DNA of 64,000 nucleotides from the NCBI GenBank assembly GCA_964428355.1, contig CAYRYU010000010.1:39334-103333 (forward strand), in the 5' to 3' direction. The notes beneath the pieces were generated by a model that worked only from the letters and a program-made list of their open reading frames with translations, searched no databases and was not told the origin of the DNA. The translations under genes were made by a program, and so were the position numbers. Shown here in pieces: positions 44,515 through 53,477 of this stretch; the first letter of the stretch is position 1; every line of letters begins with the position of its first letter. This stretch comes from an uncultured bacterium (GTDB taxonomy: Bacteria > Muiribacteriota > Ozemobacteria > Ozemobacterales > Ozemobacteraceae).

Positions 44515-46020
44515 TCATCCAGGAACCAGTTTCGAGATCATGCCCGAACGGTTCCAGTCGATCTCCCAGCGCTTCGTGGTCAGGGAATCCAGAAAGCGCC
44601 GGTCGTGACTCACCACGAGAAGCCCGCCCGGAAACCCGGAAAGTGTCATTTCCAGCAACTCGATGGCGGGCAGGTCCAGGTGGTTTGTCGGCTCGTCGAG
44701 GACGAGGAGATAGGGGTCCCGGGCCATTCCCAGAGCCAGGAGGATCTTCCGGAGTTCACCCGGGCTTGGGTCATCCCCCGCCAGGAGCCGCTCTGGTTCT
44801 GAACCCAGGCACCCGATGATCGCCATTGTCCGGCCTTTTTTCATCCGGTCCAGGGACCGGAGTTCAGAGATGATCCGAGCGACTTCGCCCGGGTCGATTT
44901 CCTGGGGAATCACCACGACGCGTTCCGCTGCGATGTTGAGTCGTTCGAGCAGGAATCGGACGAGCGAACTTTTTCCCGAACCGTTCGGTCCGGACAGCGC
45001 TATCCGGTCGCAAGGGCCGATCCATAGGTCGGGATACTCGAGAACCCTGTTTCCGCCCAAAGAAAGCGAGCCCGCCCCGACCTTCAACAGGAAATCCCTG
45101 GTCGAGCGCTCTCCGGGAAGATCGAACCTTAGTTCCCTGGATTTCTCCACCTTCGCCTGGTCGAACCGCTCCTGAACCTTCTCCAGCCGGCCTTGCAGTT
45201 GACTTGCAAGCCTGCCGGCCCTGCCGTCCTTTCCCGTAACGCGCGCAAGGTCGATTTTCGCGCGTCCATCGGAGTCGTGACGGTCGAGATGCCGTTTTGA
45301 ACGCTCCTTGTCCGCGTGCCTTGCCTTCTCCTGCCTTTGATGGGCAGTCCGGGCCAGTCTCTGAACCTCCCTGCGGGCTGTTTCCCTCTCCCGCAACTTC
45401 TGGGCATCGTTGGAGCGGATGGTTTCCGACGCTGCGGAGTAGCCACCCGGAACGAGGATGGGGCCCGAGGGGCGCAGGAACAGACACTGGGTGCACAGAT
45501 CGTCCAGAAGTTTCCGGTCATGGCTGACGAGGAGTCCGATTCCCTGGAAATGTGCCAGTGCTGGACGGACGAAAGACTGGGCGTGTTCATCGAGGTAGTT
45601 GGTGGGCTCGTCGACAAGAAGAACCGCCGGTTCGTGCCAGAGCGCCGCCGCGACCTGGGCGCGCTTCCGCTCCCCATGGCTGAGCGCTTGCCAACGGGAA
45701 CCCCAATCCTCTCCGATCCCGAGAATACTGCGCAGTCTCGATGCCGTTGCTTCGGGTGCGGCAAGGAAATCATCCCAACCGGGCGGGGGGAAGTCGGTTC
45801 TCTGGGGAATGTACTCAACAAGCCCGGAACTTTGGATAGAACCCTTGGAAGGAAGGAGATCCCCCCAGGCGAGCCGGAGAATCGTGGATTTTCCGGCTCC
45901 GTTTGCTCCGAGGATTCCCGTCCATCCTCCGGTGAAATGGAATGAAAGATCGTGAAGAAGATACCCCGGCATATCGGGATATCCGAAAGAAACCTTGTTG
46001 AACCTGACCGACATGTCCAC
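44515..46020 (-). CDS. ABC-F family ATPase (two tandem ABC domains, no TMD)
   Basis: Two Walker A motifs (GANGAGKSTIL; GPNGSGKSSLV). Two ABC signatures (LSHGERKRAQVA; SPGELRKILLA), with Walker B LLVDEPTNYLD / LVLDEPTNHLD. An Arg/Glu-rich inter-domain linker, typical of ABC-F translation factors. 501 aa. Confidence 0.85.
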   Translation of the reverse strand: MDMSVRFNKVSFGYPDMPGYLLHDLSFHFTGGWTGILGANGAGKSTILRLAWGDLLPSKGSIQSSGLVEYIPQRTDFPPPGWDDFLAAPEATASRLRSILGIGEDWGSRWQALSHGERKRAQVAAALWHEPAVLLVDEPTNYLDEHAQSFVRPALAHFQGIGLLVSHDRKLLDDLCTQCLFLRPSGPILVPGGYSAASETIRSNDAQKLRERETARREVQRLARTAHQRQEKARHADKERSKRHLDRHDSDGRAKIDLARVTGKDGRAGRLASQLQGRLEKVQERFDQAKVEKSRELRFDLPGERSTRDFLLKVGAGSLSLGGNRVLEYPDLWIGPCDRIALSGPNGSGKSSLVRFLLERLNIAAERVVVIPQEIDPGEVARIISELRSLDRMKKGRTMAIIGCLGSEPERLLAGDDPSPGELRKILLALGMARDPYLLVLDEPTNHLDLPAIELLEMTLSGFPGGLLVVSHDRRFLDSLTTKRWEIDWNRSGMISKLVPG

Positions 46021-46522
46021 ATCTCCTTTCGTGGACTCCTGAAGGAATGGGCGTTTCCTTTATCGTATGGCCGCCGGGGGTGCGGGGGCTTTCAAAGCGA
46101 ATGACGGCTGCGGCTTTCCAGAGAGTTCTGGAACGAGGTGAACGAAAAGGAACGCCCGCGCAAGCCTTGGATACAGGCCGGCGGAAAATTGCGTTCCGGT
46201 TTCAGCTCTTCAACCCCGTGCTCCTTCCGCGCCCCACGTCAGGGGAGCTTGTCCTGAATTCTACTGGAGAAACACCCGCCCCGCAACTCCACCCAAGGGA
46301 TTTTTTGTGGAGGGAAGCGCTGGGGGAAAAGGGATGCAATCTGGGCAGGGCACTTTTTTGTCACAGGATCTGGAGATATTTCGTAAGGATTTGATGACAA
46401 GGATGTGAACATGTGGTTAACTGAATCCCCTCATGCGCCTTCCAACACGAATAGAGATGCGCCATTGAAGTGAAAGCCGTATTTCTGCTTTTCCGGCAAG
46501 ACCTGGGCGAGGTCGCAACGGA

Positions 46523-47050
46523 ATGACCTCGCGAGAAAACCTGGACGACTTTTCGTCACTGGTAAAAATCCACCTCGGAAGCGTCATTCGATATGTGAAG
46601 TTCCTCCTCCGGGAATCCGAGGAGGCCAAAGACATTGCCCAGGAGGTTTTTCTAAAGGCCTGGCAGCAGTTCGACCCCCAGAGAAGGAGTTCTTTCCGAA
46701 ACTGGATCCTCAAGATCACGCGAAACCTGGTGATTGACCGCCACAGGCGGCGGAAACCGATGGTCAGCTATTCGGGAATCCAGATGGAGAACGCGGTTTC
46801 CCCTGCGGCGAACCCCGGGAGCGGCATCGCCCCCGAAAGCGATTTCTGCCCGGAAGGGCTTCCAGCATACGCGAAATTGCCTGTGTACATGAGGGAGATC
46901 GTTTTCATGAGGTTTGTAGAACGGATTTCCTATGAGGAGATGAGCAAGATTACGGGGAAGTCGGAAGAGGCTCTGCGGAAAATCATCTCCAGGGCTGTCT
47001 CGACAATCCGGAAGGAGGTGGCGGATGGAACGATGCAACAAGGTGAATGA
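46523..47050 (+). CDS. ECF-type RNA polymerase sigma factor (sigma-70 family group IV)
   Basis: Region 2 (FRNWILKITRNLVIDRHRRRK) and region 4 HTH (ISYEEMSKITGKSEEALRKIISRA). 175 aa. Confidence 0.8.
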   Translation: MTSRENLDDFSSLVKIHLGSVIRYVKFLLRESEEAKDIAQEVFLKAWQQFDPQRRSSFRNWILKITRNLVIDRHRRRKPMVSYSGIQMENAVSPAANPGSGIAPESDFCPEGLPAYAKLPVYMREIVFMRFVERISYEEMSKITGKSEEALRKIISRAVSTIRKEVADGTMQQGE

Positions 47051-48080
47051 ATGGCTCGAGCAGGATCCGCCCCCAGACATGGAAAAGATCCCAGGGTTTC
47101 TTGCCGAGCACATGAAGGGTTGCCCAGAATGCAACCAGACCGTTGGGTTCATCCGGGGTCTGACCCGGGACAGGGATCTCCCGTCACTCTCCCCCTCCGA
47201 AACAGCCGAGTTCGTGGACCAGTTCAGGATGAAAGCCCGTGAGAGCGACCCCGCCCTGTGTCCGGACCGCCTTTCGGATTGGGCCCGCGCGTTCTGGCCA
47301 CGATTTCACTGGGTTTTGGCTGGTGCCATCTGCTTTTTTCTTCTTGCCATAGGTTTCTCCAGGATTTTCAGACCGGCTTCTCCGCCCGTTTCTGGGGAGT
47401 CACCTCCATTTGCCGTTCTCCGTGGGAAGGCAGTCCTTCTTTCCTCCTCCGGAAGCCTGGAAAGCGTTGGTTCAGGGTCGGAACAGGGGATCTTCAAGGA
47501 AACCGGAATGAGCTTCGATTCCCCTGCAGATCCCGTCGAGCTGCGGTACCGGAGCGGAGGAGAAGTCCTGCTTTCCGGCCAGGGCAGGATGAAGGTTGCC
47601 GATCGGGAGCTCACCGTCGAGGCGGGGAAGTTCCTGGCCAGGTTCCGAAATCTGGGCGGAGTCATGAAGATTCGGGTTCCCTTTGCCGTCATCGGCATAC
47701 GGGGAACCGAGATCCGGTTCGATATCCACCTTCCTGAAGCCCGCCTCCTCCTTGTGGAAGGGGCCGCGGACCTGATACCCGACAAGGGGGCCGGGAAGTC
47801 ATGCTCCTTGGAAAAAGGTAGGGAAATCTCCCTTTCCGATGGGGAATGGAAAACACTCCCGCCCGAATTCCATCCTGTTCCGACTCCTGAGCCCACGCCG
47901 AATCCGGCATCCGATGATCGTCAGATTTCCCTTGCTACGGGCTCAGCCTTGCCCGATGATCGACGCCAGGCCCCGGTCGAGCTCCCTTCGGCATCGGAAG
48001 CTGGTGTCGCGACCGGAACCATGACCGATGTCGGGGAAAACCCGGATCTGGTCGGGGGAGAGGGCTTTCAACACGACTGA
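47025..48080 (+). CDS. ZAS-type anti-sigma factor with TM helix and FecR-like periplasmic domain
   Basis: Overlaps the sigma gene by 26 bp. HMKGCPEC is the HxxxCxxC zinc anti-sigma motif. One TM helix (FHWVLAGAICFFLLAIGF). The periplasmic region with VIGIRGTEIRFD resembles the FecR fold. The C-terminus is Pro/Glu-rich. Confidence 0.65.
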   Translation: MERCNKVNEWLEQDPPPDMEKIPGFLAEHMKGCPECNQTVGFIRGLTRDRDLPSLSPSETAEFVDQFRMKARESDPALCPDRLSDWARAFWPRFHWVLAGAICFFLLAIGFSRIFRPASPPVSGESPPFAVLRGKAVLLSSSGSLESVGSGSEQGIFKETGMSFDSPADPVELRYRSGGEVLLSGQGRMKVADRELTVEAGKFLARFRNLGGVMKIRVPFAVIGIRGTEIRFDIHLPEARLLLVEGAADLIPDKGAGKSCSLEKGREISLSDGEWKTLPPEFHPVPTPEPTPNPASDDRQISLATGSALPDDRRQAPVELPSASEAGVATGTMTDVGENPDLVGGEGFQHD

Positions 48081-48119
48081 TTTTGCACGGAAAACCGACC
48101 CGACCGGGGAGAAAGGCCA

Positions 48120-50321
48120 GTGACTGGAAGGTGCAGTAAGCCGCCTTTTGACTCCGAAAAAAGGAGAACGGATTCCCTGCGTGGCCGGCAGGGCTTCCTT
48201 CTCGCCCTGGTCTTTGGAACGATGGCGGTGCTGGCAATCTTCTTCATGGTCATGAGCTTTCTTTCGAGCGGTCAAACCCATGCGGCGACCCACTTCGTCG
48301 ATTCGGCGCGCGCTTTGTCCATCGCAATGGCGGGTGCTGAGTGGGCGATTTCCGAGTATGCGAGCGGATCCTACCACGAGGATGACGAACTGGGCCGAAT
48401 CCTCTTCGGAAGCGCACTCGATCCGGGCGAGGTTGTCCTTTCACCTCCCAAAGAGCTGGAAGACTATGTTTCCGGCACTCTGAACGGGAAACTCGACGTG
48501 AAGGTGAGGGTTTACGATATCGCTCCCTTGCCGATTCCCGAGGGGTTGAAGGGCTTCAACCAGGACCCCGTCGAAAAATCCGGGAGGATGGAGTTTTCCT
48601 CGGTGGGAACGGTTGGAAAGGCAAGCCGGAAGGTACTGATCAGGAAGGGGTTCAAGGTCGCAATGATCGTTCACCCCGTCCTGTCCAAATTCACGCTTTT
48701 CGTCAGGGAAAAGCTCAGCGGGCAGGATGTGAACGTTCTTGAGCGGAAAACCGGGAGCGCCGGATTCGAAAACGGGTCTCCCATCGTTCTCAACAATCAG
48801 GGGTCTGGAAGATCGTTTTCCGTTGTCCAGCCAGACCAAACGTTCGATCTTTCAACCGTCACGGGGGAAAAAGTGAAGGCTGGAAGGGTCGTCGACGGGT
48901 TTGAAGATCTAGTCAGGAGCTCCGGCTGGGTGTTCCTCAACTCTTCCAACAGGTCCGCACCCTGGACCCTGAACCTTTCAGGAAGCGGTGAAACCGGCGA
49001 GTTCGATGACCGGCTCCTTCTCCGTGTGGGACTCTACCGTAACGAGGGCCTCGAGAAGCTGCTCGCCCCAAAGGAAAAACTCGATTACACCGGGGAAAGG
49101 ATAGTGCGGTTGCTCGAGAGGTTCCAGGGGATGAAATCCGATTACGAGACACGTGCCCCCGATGGGATCGTCCGGAAGAAACCATGCAATATCCTGTATT
49201 TGCGGGGGCTCTTTCCCGGCGATCCCCCGAAAGCCTCATTGATCAGGCCTTTCGGCACGGGAACCCGGTTTTCCCCAACCCTGATGTTCGGGCCGGTCGA
49301 GATGCAATACCTGATACTTCGGGGTCTGGACGTCCATTTCCGGAATGCCGGGCCGGATGGGGGGAAACTCTTTTCCAATGTCCTCATTCCGGGTTTCCGG
49401 AATGAGATTGATTTCGCCCGGGCCTACGAACCGCGGTATCCGGACGATCCCGATATGGGGGCATTTGCCCGTCTCACGAACATCCCCGACCGTACCGATG
49501 CCGCCCCGGAGTTTCCCAGGTATTCCCGGGTCATGACCACGGTCGCCACAAGCCCTTTCATCGACGCCCTCGACTACATTTTCCTCGAGTCCCGTGAACG
49601 TGGAACACTGTTGAAGCCGGAATCGGTTGAATACCCCGTTCCGGTTCCCGGTATCATCGACAGGAAGGGCCAGGAGAAGATCCTGCCGTGGATCGCAAGG
49701 AACGACTCGCTTCGCGACTCCTTGATCGAAGCCCGGGGAGCTTTCGGAATGGGCAAGACACCGTTGTTCGAGGGGAACCTGTCTGATATCAAGGGCTGCA
49801 AGGAGTTCCAGTCGAAGATAACGGCCGTCTTCCCCTCCTTCAGTGAATTGGAAGCTTCTTTCCTGGAGGAAAAGGAAACCTCTTTCCAGTTGCGCCTACC
49901 CGGGATCGTATATGTGGGGGCAGACAACCTCAACATCGAGCCCCGCGACAAGGATCTCGTGATCACGAGCCCAGGAATCATTGTCAGCGGGGGCGATATC
50001 CACATCAAGGCTGCAGTGAAATCGAGCCATCCCGTCACGCTGGTCTCCCTTCGAAGCATATTCGTGGAAACGACTGAACAAATCGACGCCCATCTGGTTT
50101 GCCTGATGGGGACATTCACCGCACCGATCGGGTTCGACGTAAGGGGCGGGCTTGCCGCTTGCTCGATCGATACGTCGAAAATCGGGAACAAAGAAGCCAA
50201 GACCATCACCTTCGTACCCGAGCATGATCCCTATTCCGACCCCGACAAATGGCGGATGAAAACGGCCTACAGGTTCTATCTTTCGCAAGAGGAGGAATGC
50301 TGTGTTGAAGGCGGGAAATAG
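48120..50321 (+). CDS. Large (733 aa) membrane-anchored pilin-like protein, putative GspK-like minor pseudopilin/tip protein
   Basis: GTG start with GGGGAGAAAGG upstream. N-terminus RGRQGFLLALVFGTMAVLAIFFMVMSF resembles a prepilin-type hydrophobic helix lacking Glu+5, as in GspK-type pseudopilins. The rest has no recognisable motif. It overlaps the next pseudopilin gene. Confidence 0.45.
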   Translation: MTGRCSKPPFDSEKRRTDSLRGRQGFLLALVFGTMAVLAIFFMVMSFLSSGQTHAATHFVDSARALSIAMAGAEWAISEYASGSYHEDDELGRILFGSALDPGEVVLSPPKELEDYVSGTLNGKLDVKVRVYDIAPLPIPEGLKGFNQDPVEKSGRMEFSSVGTVGKASRKVLIRKGFKVAMIVHPVLSKFTLFVREKLSGQDVNVLERKTGSAGFENGSPIVLNNQGSGRSFSVVQPDQTFDLSTVTGEKVKAGRVVDGFEDLVRSSGWVFLNSSNRSAPWTLNLSGSGETGEFDDRLLLRVGLYRNEGLEKLLAPKEKLDYTGERIVRLLERFQGMKSDYETRAPDGIVRKKPCNILYLRGLFPGDPPKASLIRPFGTGTRFSPTLMFGPVEMQYLILRGLDVHFRNAGPDGGKLFSNVLIPGFRNEIDFARAYEPRYPDDPDMGAFARLTNIPDRTDAAPEFPRYSRVMTTVATSPFIDALDYIFLESRERGTLLKPESVEYPVPVPGIIDRKGQEKILPWIARNDSLRDSLIEARGAFGMGKTPLFEGNLSDIKGCKEFQSKITAVFPSFSELEASFLEEKETSFQLRLPGIVYVGADNLNIEPRDKDLVITSPGIIVSGGDIHIKAAVKSSHPVTLVSLRSIFVETTEQIDAHLVCLMGTFTAPIGFDVRGGLAACSIDTSKIGNKEAKTITFVPEHDPYSDPDKWRMKTAYRFYLSQEEECCVEGGK

Positions 50322-50721
50322 TCCCAGGCCTGCGGTCGGTTGCAAAGCCGGTGTGACCCTCGTCGAGGTGACCATCGCTCTCGCCATCATCGGGATCATC
50401 GCGGGAGTGATGTACCGGATAATCGACAGGCAAACCAGCCAGATGGGCAGCGATGATGCCTCTTCCCGATACTACATGGATCTCGGGTCCTTCGCCGAGA
50501 CCCTGAACTCGGATCTTTCCATGGCCCGAGTCGTCCATCCGGAATCCGGCGGCGTCAGTCTCCTCGTCAACCCCGATGGGAATCCCGGTTCGATCACGTA
50601 TTCCCTGAAGGGAAACACCATCGAGCGAAAGTTCCGTGAATCGGTGAGGGTTTTCGAGTTCACGAACCCGAAGCCCAGGCCCGGTTCCCTCATTTTTCGG
50701 ATCGAGGAGGTGAACCCATGA
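50302..50721 (+). CDS. Prepilin-type N-terminal cleavage/methylation domain protein (pseudopilin)
   Basis: GTG start with AGGAGG 7 nt upstream. KAGVTLVEVTIALAIIGIIAGV matches the G-[FV]-T-L-[IV]-E prepilin signature plus a hydrophobic helix. 139 aa. Confidence 0.65.
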   Translation: MLKAGNSPRPAVGCKAGVTLVEVTIALAIIGIIAGVMYRIIDRQTSQMGSDDASSRYYMDLGSFAETLNSDLSMARVVHPESGGVSLLVNPDGNPGSITYSLKGNTIERKFRESVRVFEFTNPKPRPGSLIFRIEEVNP

Positions 50722-51467
50722 GTCGTGGATCTTCCCCGAGTTTTCGAGGCCCGTTTTGTAGCTCGGTCTTCACTTTCACTGGCACCCTTGCGATTTTCAC
50801 ATCGATGCTCGTCCTATTCATGTTAACGGTCTGCGAAGCGAAATCCTTCAAGGCCGTCGTCGGATACGAAGGCGAGGTGATCGAGATCCCCCTTTCCCCG
50901 GGACGGATTGCTTCCCAGGCCGGGGAAATGCCCCTGCCGACATCGCCTGAGATGAACGTTGCCTTTCCCATGTCCCGGGACATTCCGACCGTCGTTCCGG
51001 GAAAGAATCCTCCCGCCGCGCCCTCTGTGCGCGAGCCGGTGGAAGATTCGGTCCCTCAAATGGACGGGGGGTTCCCCCTTGATAACGGCATTCCGACTGC
51101 CCGGAGCCTTCAAACGGCGCTCGATCTGGTGGGAAGGGTCATAGTTGCCGGGGTAAATTTCGAGTTCGATAGCGCGGACCTGACCGCCGATTCAGTCCCT
51201 TCACTGAAAGCGGTGCTGGAATACCTGAAGGATAATCCGGGAGTCAAGATCACCATCGAGGGGCACTGCGACACTTCCGGAGATACCTCTCTCAATCCGG
51301 TTCTCTCCCAGAACCGCGCGAACTCCGTGAAGAACTGGCTGGTTCAGCAGGGGGCTGACGGTTCCAGACTGTCTTCGGTCGGAATGAGTGATTCCAGGCC
51401 GATCGCGGACAATTCGACCCCCGAAGGCCAGGCAAAGAACCGCCGGGTGGAGTTGGTGAAGGAATGA
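50718..51467 (+). CDS. OmpA-family protein (C-terminal OmpA-like peptidoglycan-binding domain)
   Basis: GAGGAGG 7 nt upstream. N-terminal TM segment. C-terminus NFEFDSADLT...KITIEGHCDTSG...LSQNRANSVKNWLV...NRRVELV is the OmpA_C domain. Confidence 0.75.
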   Translation: MSRGSSPSFRGPFCSSVFTFTGTLAIFTSMLVLFMLTVCEAKSFKAVVGYEGEVIEIPLSPGRIASQAGEMPLPTSPEMNVAFPMSRDIPTVVPGKNPPAAPSVREPVEDSVPQMDGGFPLDNGIPTARSLQTALDLVGRVIVAGVNFEFDSADLTADSVPSLKAVLEYLKDNPGVKITIEGHCDTSGDTSLNPVLSQNRANSVKNWLVQQGADGSRLSSVGMSDSRPIADNSTPEGQAKNRRVELVKE

Positions 51468-51922
51468 GGGAAAGCCTCGCGGACCCCCGGGACGACGTGG
51501 CCCGGATCAGGAATATCCGGGGCTTCACCATCGTGGAAATCGTCATCGCCATGTTCGTCCTGGCGGTTTTCCTCCTTCCGCTCATGCAACACTTCATCAG
51601 TGCCCGCAGGGTTTCCCTTGCCGCACGGGATACCGTCATCGTGAACTCCTTCCAGACCGCGTGCGTTGGAGAACTCCGCCGGATCGAATACAATGACCTC
51701 GCTTCCGGGAAAGGTGCGACCCTTTCAGAAATCCTCAAAAGGTACAGCGGTGGTAAGACGGTTGGAAACCTCGATATCCAGACGTCGGTCGAAATCAACA
51801 GGTGTGTCCGGGCAAGGATGCTTACGATCGATGTGAGCTCGGAATTCAGGTTCCCAGGAACGAACGAAACCCAGGGAAAGCGAAAGATTGGCTTGCGCGG
51901 GTTCGCGTTTCCCAAGCCATGA
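51464..51922 (+). CDS. Prepilin-type N-terminal domain protein (pseudopilin)
   Basis: Leader MRESLADPRDDVARIRNIRG, then FTIVEIVIAMFVLAVFLLPL (G-F-T-I-V-E). 152 aa; overlaps its neighbours by 4 bp. Confidence 0.65.
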   Translation: MRESLADPRDDVARIRNIRGFTIVEIVIAMFVLAVFLLPLMQHFISARRVSLAARDTVIVNSFQTACVGELRRIEYNDLASGKGATLSEILKRYSGGKTVGNLDIQTSVEINRCVRARMLTIDVSSEFRFPGTNETQGKRKIGLRGFAFPKP

Positions 51923-52464
51923 GTCTGGAAGTGAGACCGTTCTCCTCAGAAAAGCGTGGAATGTCCCTCCTGGAACTTTGTCTTTTCACCCTGGTCGGGG
52001 GTCTTGTCCTTGGGTTCGTGGTCTTCTTCTTCTGGAGAACCCGCCGGATTCACGAGCAACAGACCCTGGAACTGACCTACCAGAACTCCTTCACCAGGCT
52101 TTGCGACAGGATGGAGAAAGACCTGACCGGCTGCAGGAGTTGGGAGATCAAGGCGGTTGCGGGAGCCAGCGATTCTCTTGTCGTAGACCGGATCGAAGGT
52201 CCGATCGTCTACGATATCAGGTTCGAGGCCGGGGAAATAGTCAGGGCTCAGGGCGGTGAGGTCTCCTCATTCGAGTTCAGGGGTGAGCGGGAGGGGCTCC
52301 TGAAGTATCTCGAGTTCATCGGTTCCCGGGGAGCAAGAACCCTGGGCCTGAGGATCGGACTGAAAACCAGCCCCGCCATCGACTTTTCCCATGACTTCAC
52401 CGTCCGGATCAGTGCCGACAAGGTTCCGGGCTTCTTCGAAAACCCCCAACTCAAGGAACGATGA
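51919..52464 (+). CDS. Prepilin-like protein (pseudopilin, degenerate signature)
   Basis: The ORF track gives 51802..52464; ATG 51919 overlaps the previous stop (ATGA). Leader MSLEVRPFSSEKRG, then MSLLELCLFTLVGGLVLGFVVFFFW (G-M-S-L-L-E plus a hydrophobic helix). Confidence 0.5.
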   Translation: MSLEVRPFSSEKRGMSLLELCLFTLVGGLVLGFVVFFFWRTRRIHEQQTLELTYQNSFTRLCDRMEKDLTGCRSWEIKAVAGASDSLVVDRIEGPIVYDIRFEAGEIVRAQGGEVSSFEFRGEREGLLKYLEFIGSRGARTLGLRIGLKTSPAIDFSHDFTVRISADKVPGFFENPQLKER

Positions 52465-52575
52465 TGAGGAATCACGGCTTTTCGATGTCCTGGGACTTTC
52501 CTGCCGGATTCGGTTGTCACAAAAAGTCCGTTTTTTCGTAGTTTGGTGTGGATCAGGAAAAAGGAGATGAACTAT

Positions 52576-53466
52576 ATGAAGACACGCGTCCTTGGTGTCC
52601 TCTTGTTGTCCGTGGTCGCGATCACGGTCTTACTGGGACCGACGGGTTCCGCCCAGGTTGCCCCTGGCTCTTCGGGCGCAGAACCCGATGGAACTGAAGG
52701 ATTCGGGGTGGCAGTGGGTTCCGCCCCCGCCTCTCCCGAGGGCCAGGATCCGTTGACCCCCAAACTGGAAGGGGTGGTCGAGGTCGATACCTACCTGAAT
52801 ATCCGCACCGGCCCCTGGGGAAAGATCATCGGTGGGTTGAACAACGGCGCGAAGGTCAAGATCATCAGCAAGGAAGGCGACTGGTTCAAGATCCTGAACG
52901 GCACAGAGATCAGCTACATCCACTCGTACTACGTCTCTGCACCGGGGTATCCGTCACACCAGGGAGTAGAGCCCCCGATACTCGGTTCGGATGAATCTCC
53001 CGCCCCGGTCACGGGCGACCCGGGCTCGAGCCCAACCGTCGACAACGGAACGTTCGGAGCCGAGCCCTGTTCCCCGATGCCCGATTCGGTCAGCTCGGAC
53101 TTCGGGCCCCGGGATATCGACTACGGCAGCAGATACCACGAAGGAATCGACCTTCCCATTTCCAACGGGACGCGGGTCAATGCCCTGGGAAACGGGGTTG
53201 TCACCGACGCCGGGTACAGTGAGGGTGGTGGGAACTATGTCTATATCCGGTATGACAACGGGTATACCTCCTTTTACTGTCACCTCGAAAGCGTGAGCGT
53301 CTCCAATGGCCAGAGGGTGGCCATCGGCCAGGACGTCGCCCTTTCGGACAACACCGGGACCCAGACCTCGGGGGCACACCTGCACATGGGAATCATGGAT
53401 TCGAGCGGGGAATACGTCAATCCCCGCGATGTTCCCGGCCTCGAATTTCCACCCCTCGTGGAGTAA
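52576..53466 (+). CDS. SH3b-domain + M23-family metallopeptidase (LytM-like), secreted
   Basis: Start MKTRVLGVLLLSVVA (52576), with AAGGAG 10 nt upstream, gives a signal peptide. SH3b-like YLNIRTGPWGKIIGGLNNGAKVKII. M23 motifs: HEGIDL, GNYVYIRYDNGYTSFYCHL, and NTGTQTSGAHLHMGI (HxH). Confidence 0.8.
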   Translation: MKTRVLGVLLLSVVAITVLLGPTGSAQVAPGSSGAEPDGTEGFGVAVGSAPASPEGQDPLTPKLEGVVEVDTYLNIRTGPWGKIIGGLNNGAKVKIISKEGDWFKILNGTEISYIHSYYVSAPGYPSHQGVEPPILGSDESPAPVTGDPGSSPTVDNGTFGAEPCSPMPDSVSSDFGPRDIDYGSRYHEGIDLPISNGTRVNALGNGVVTDAGYSEGGGNYVYIRYDNGYTSFYCHLESVSVSNGQRVAIGQDVALSDNTGTQTSGAHLHMGIMDSSGEYVNPRDVPGLEFPPLVE

Positions 53467-53477
53467 GGAAGAAGAAT

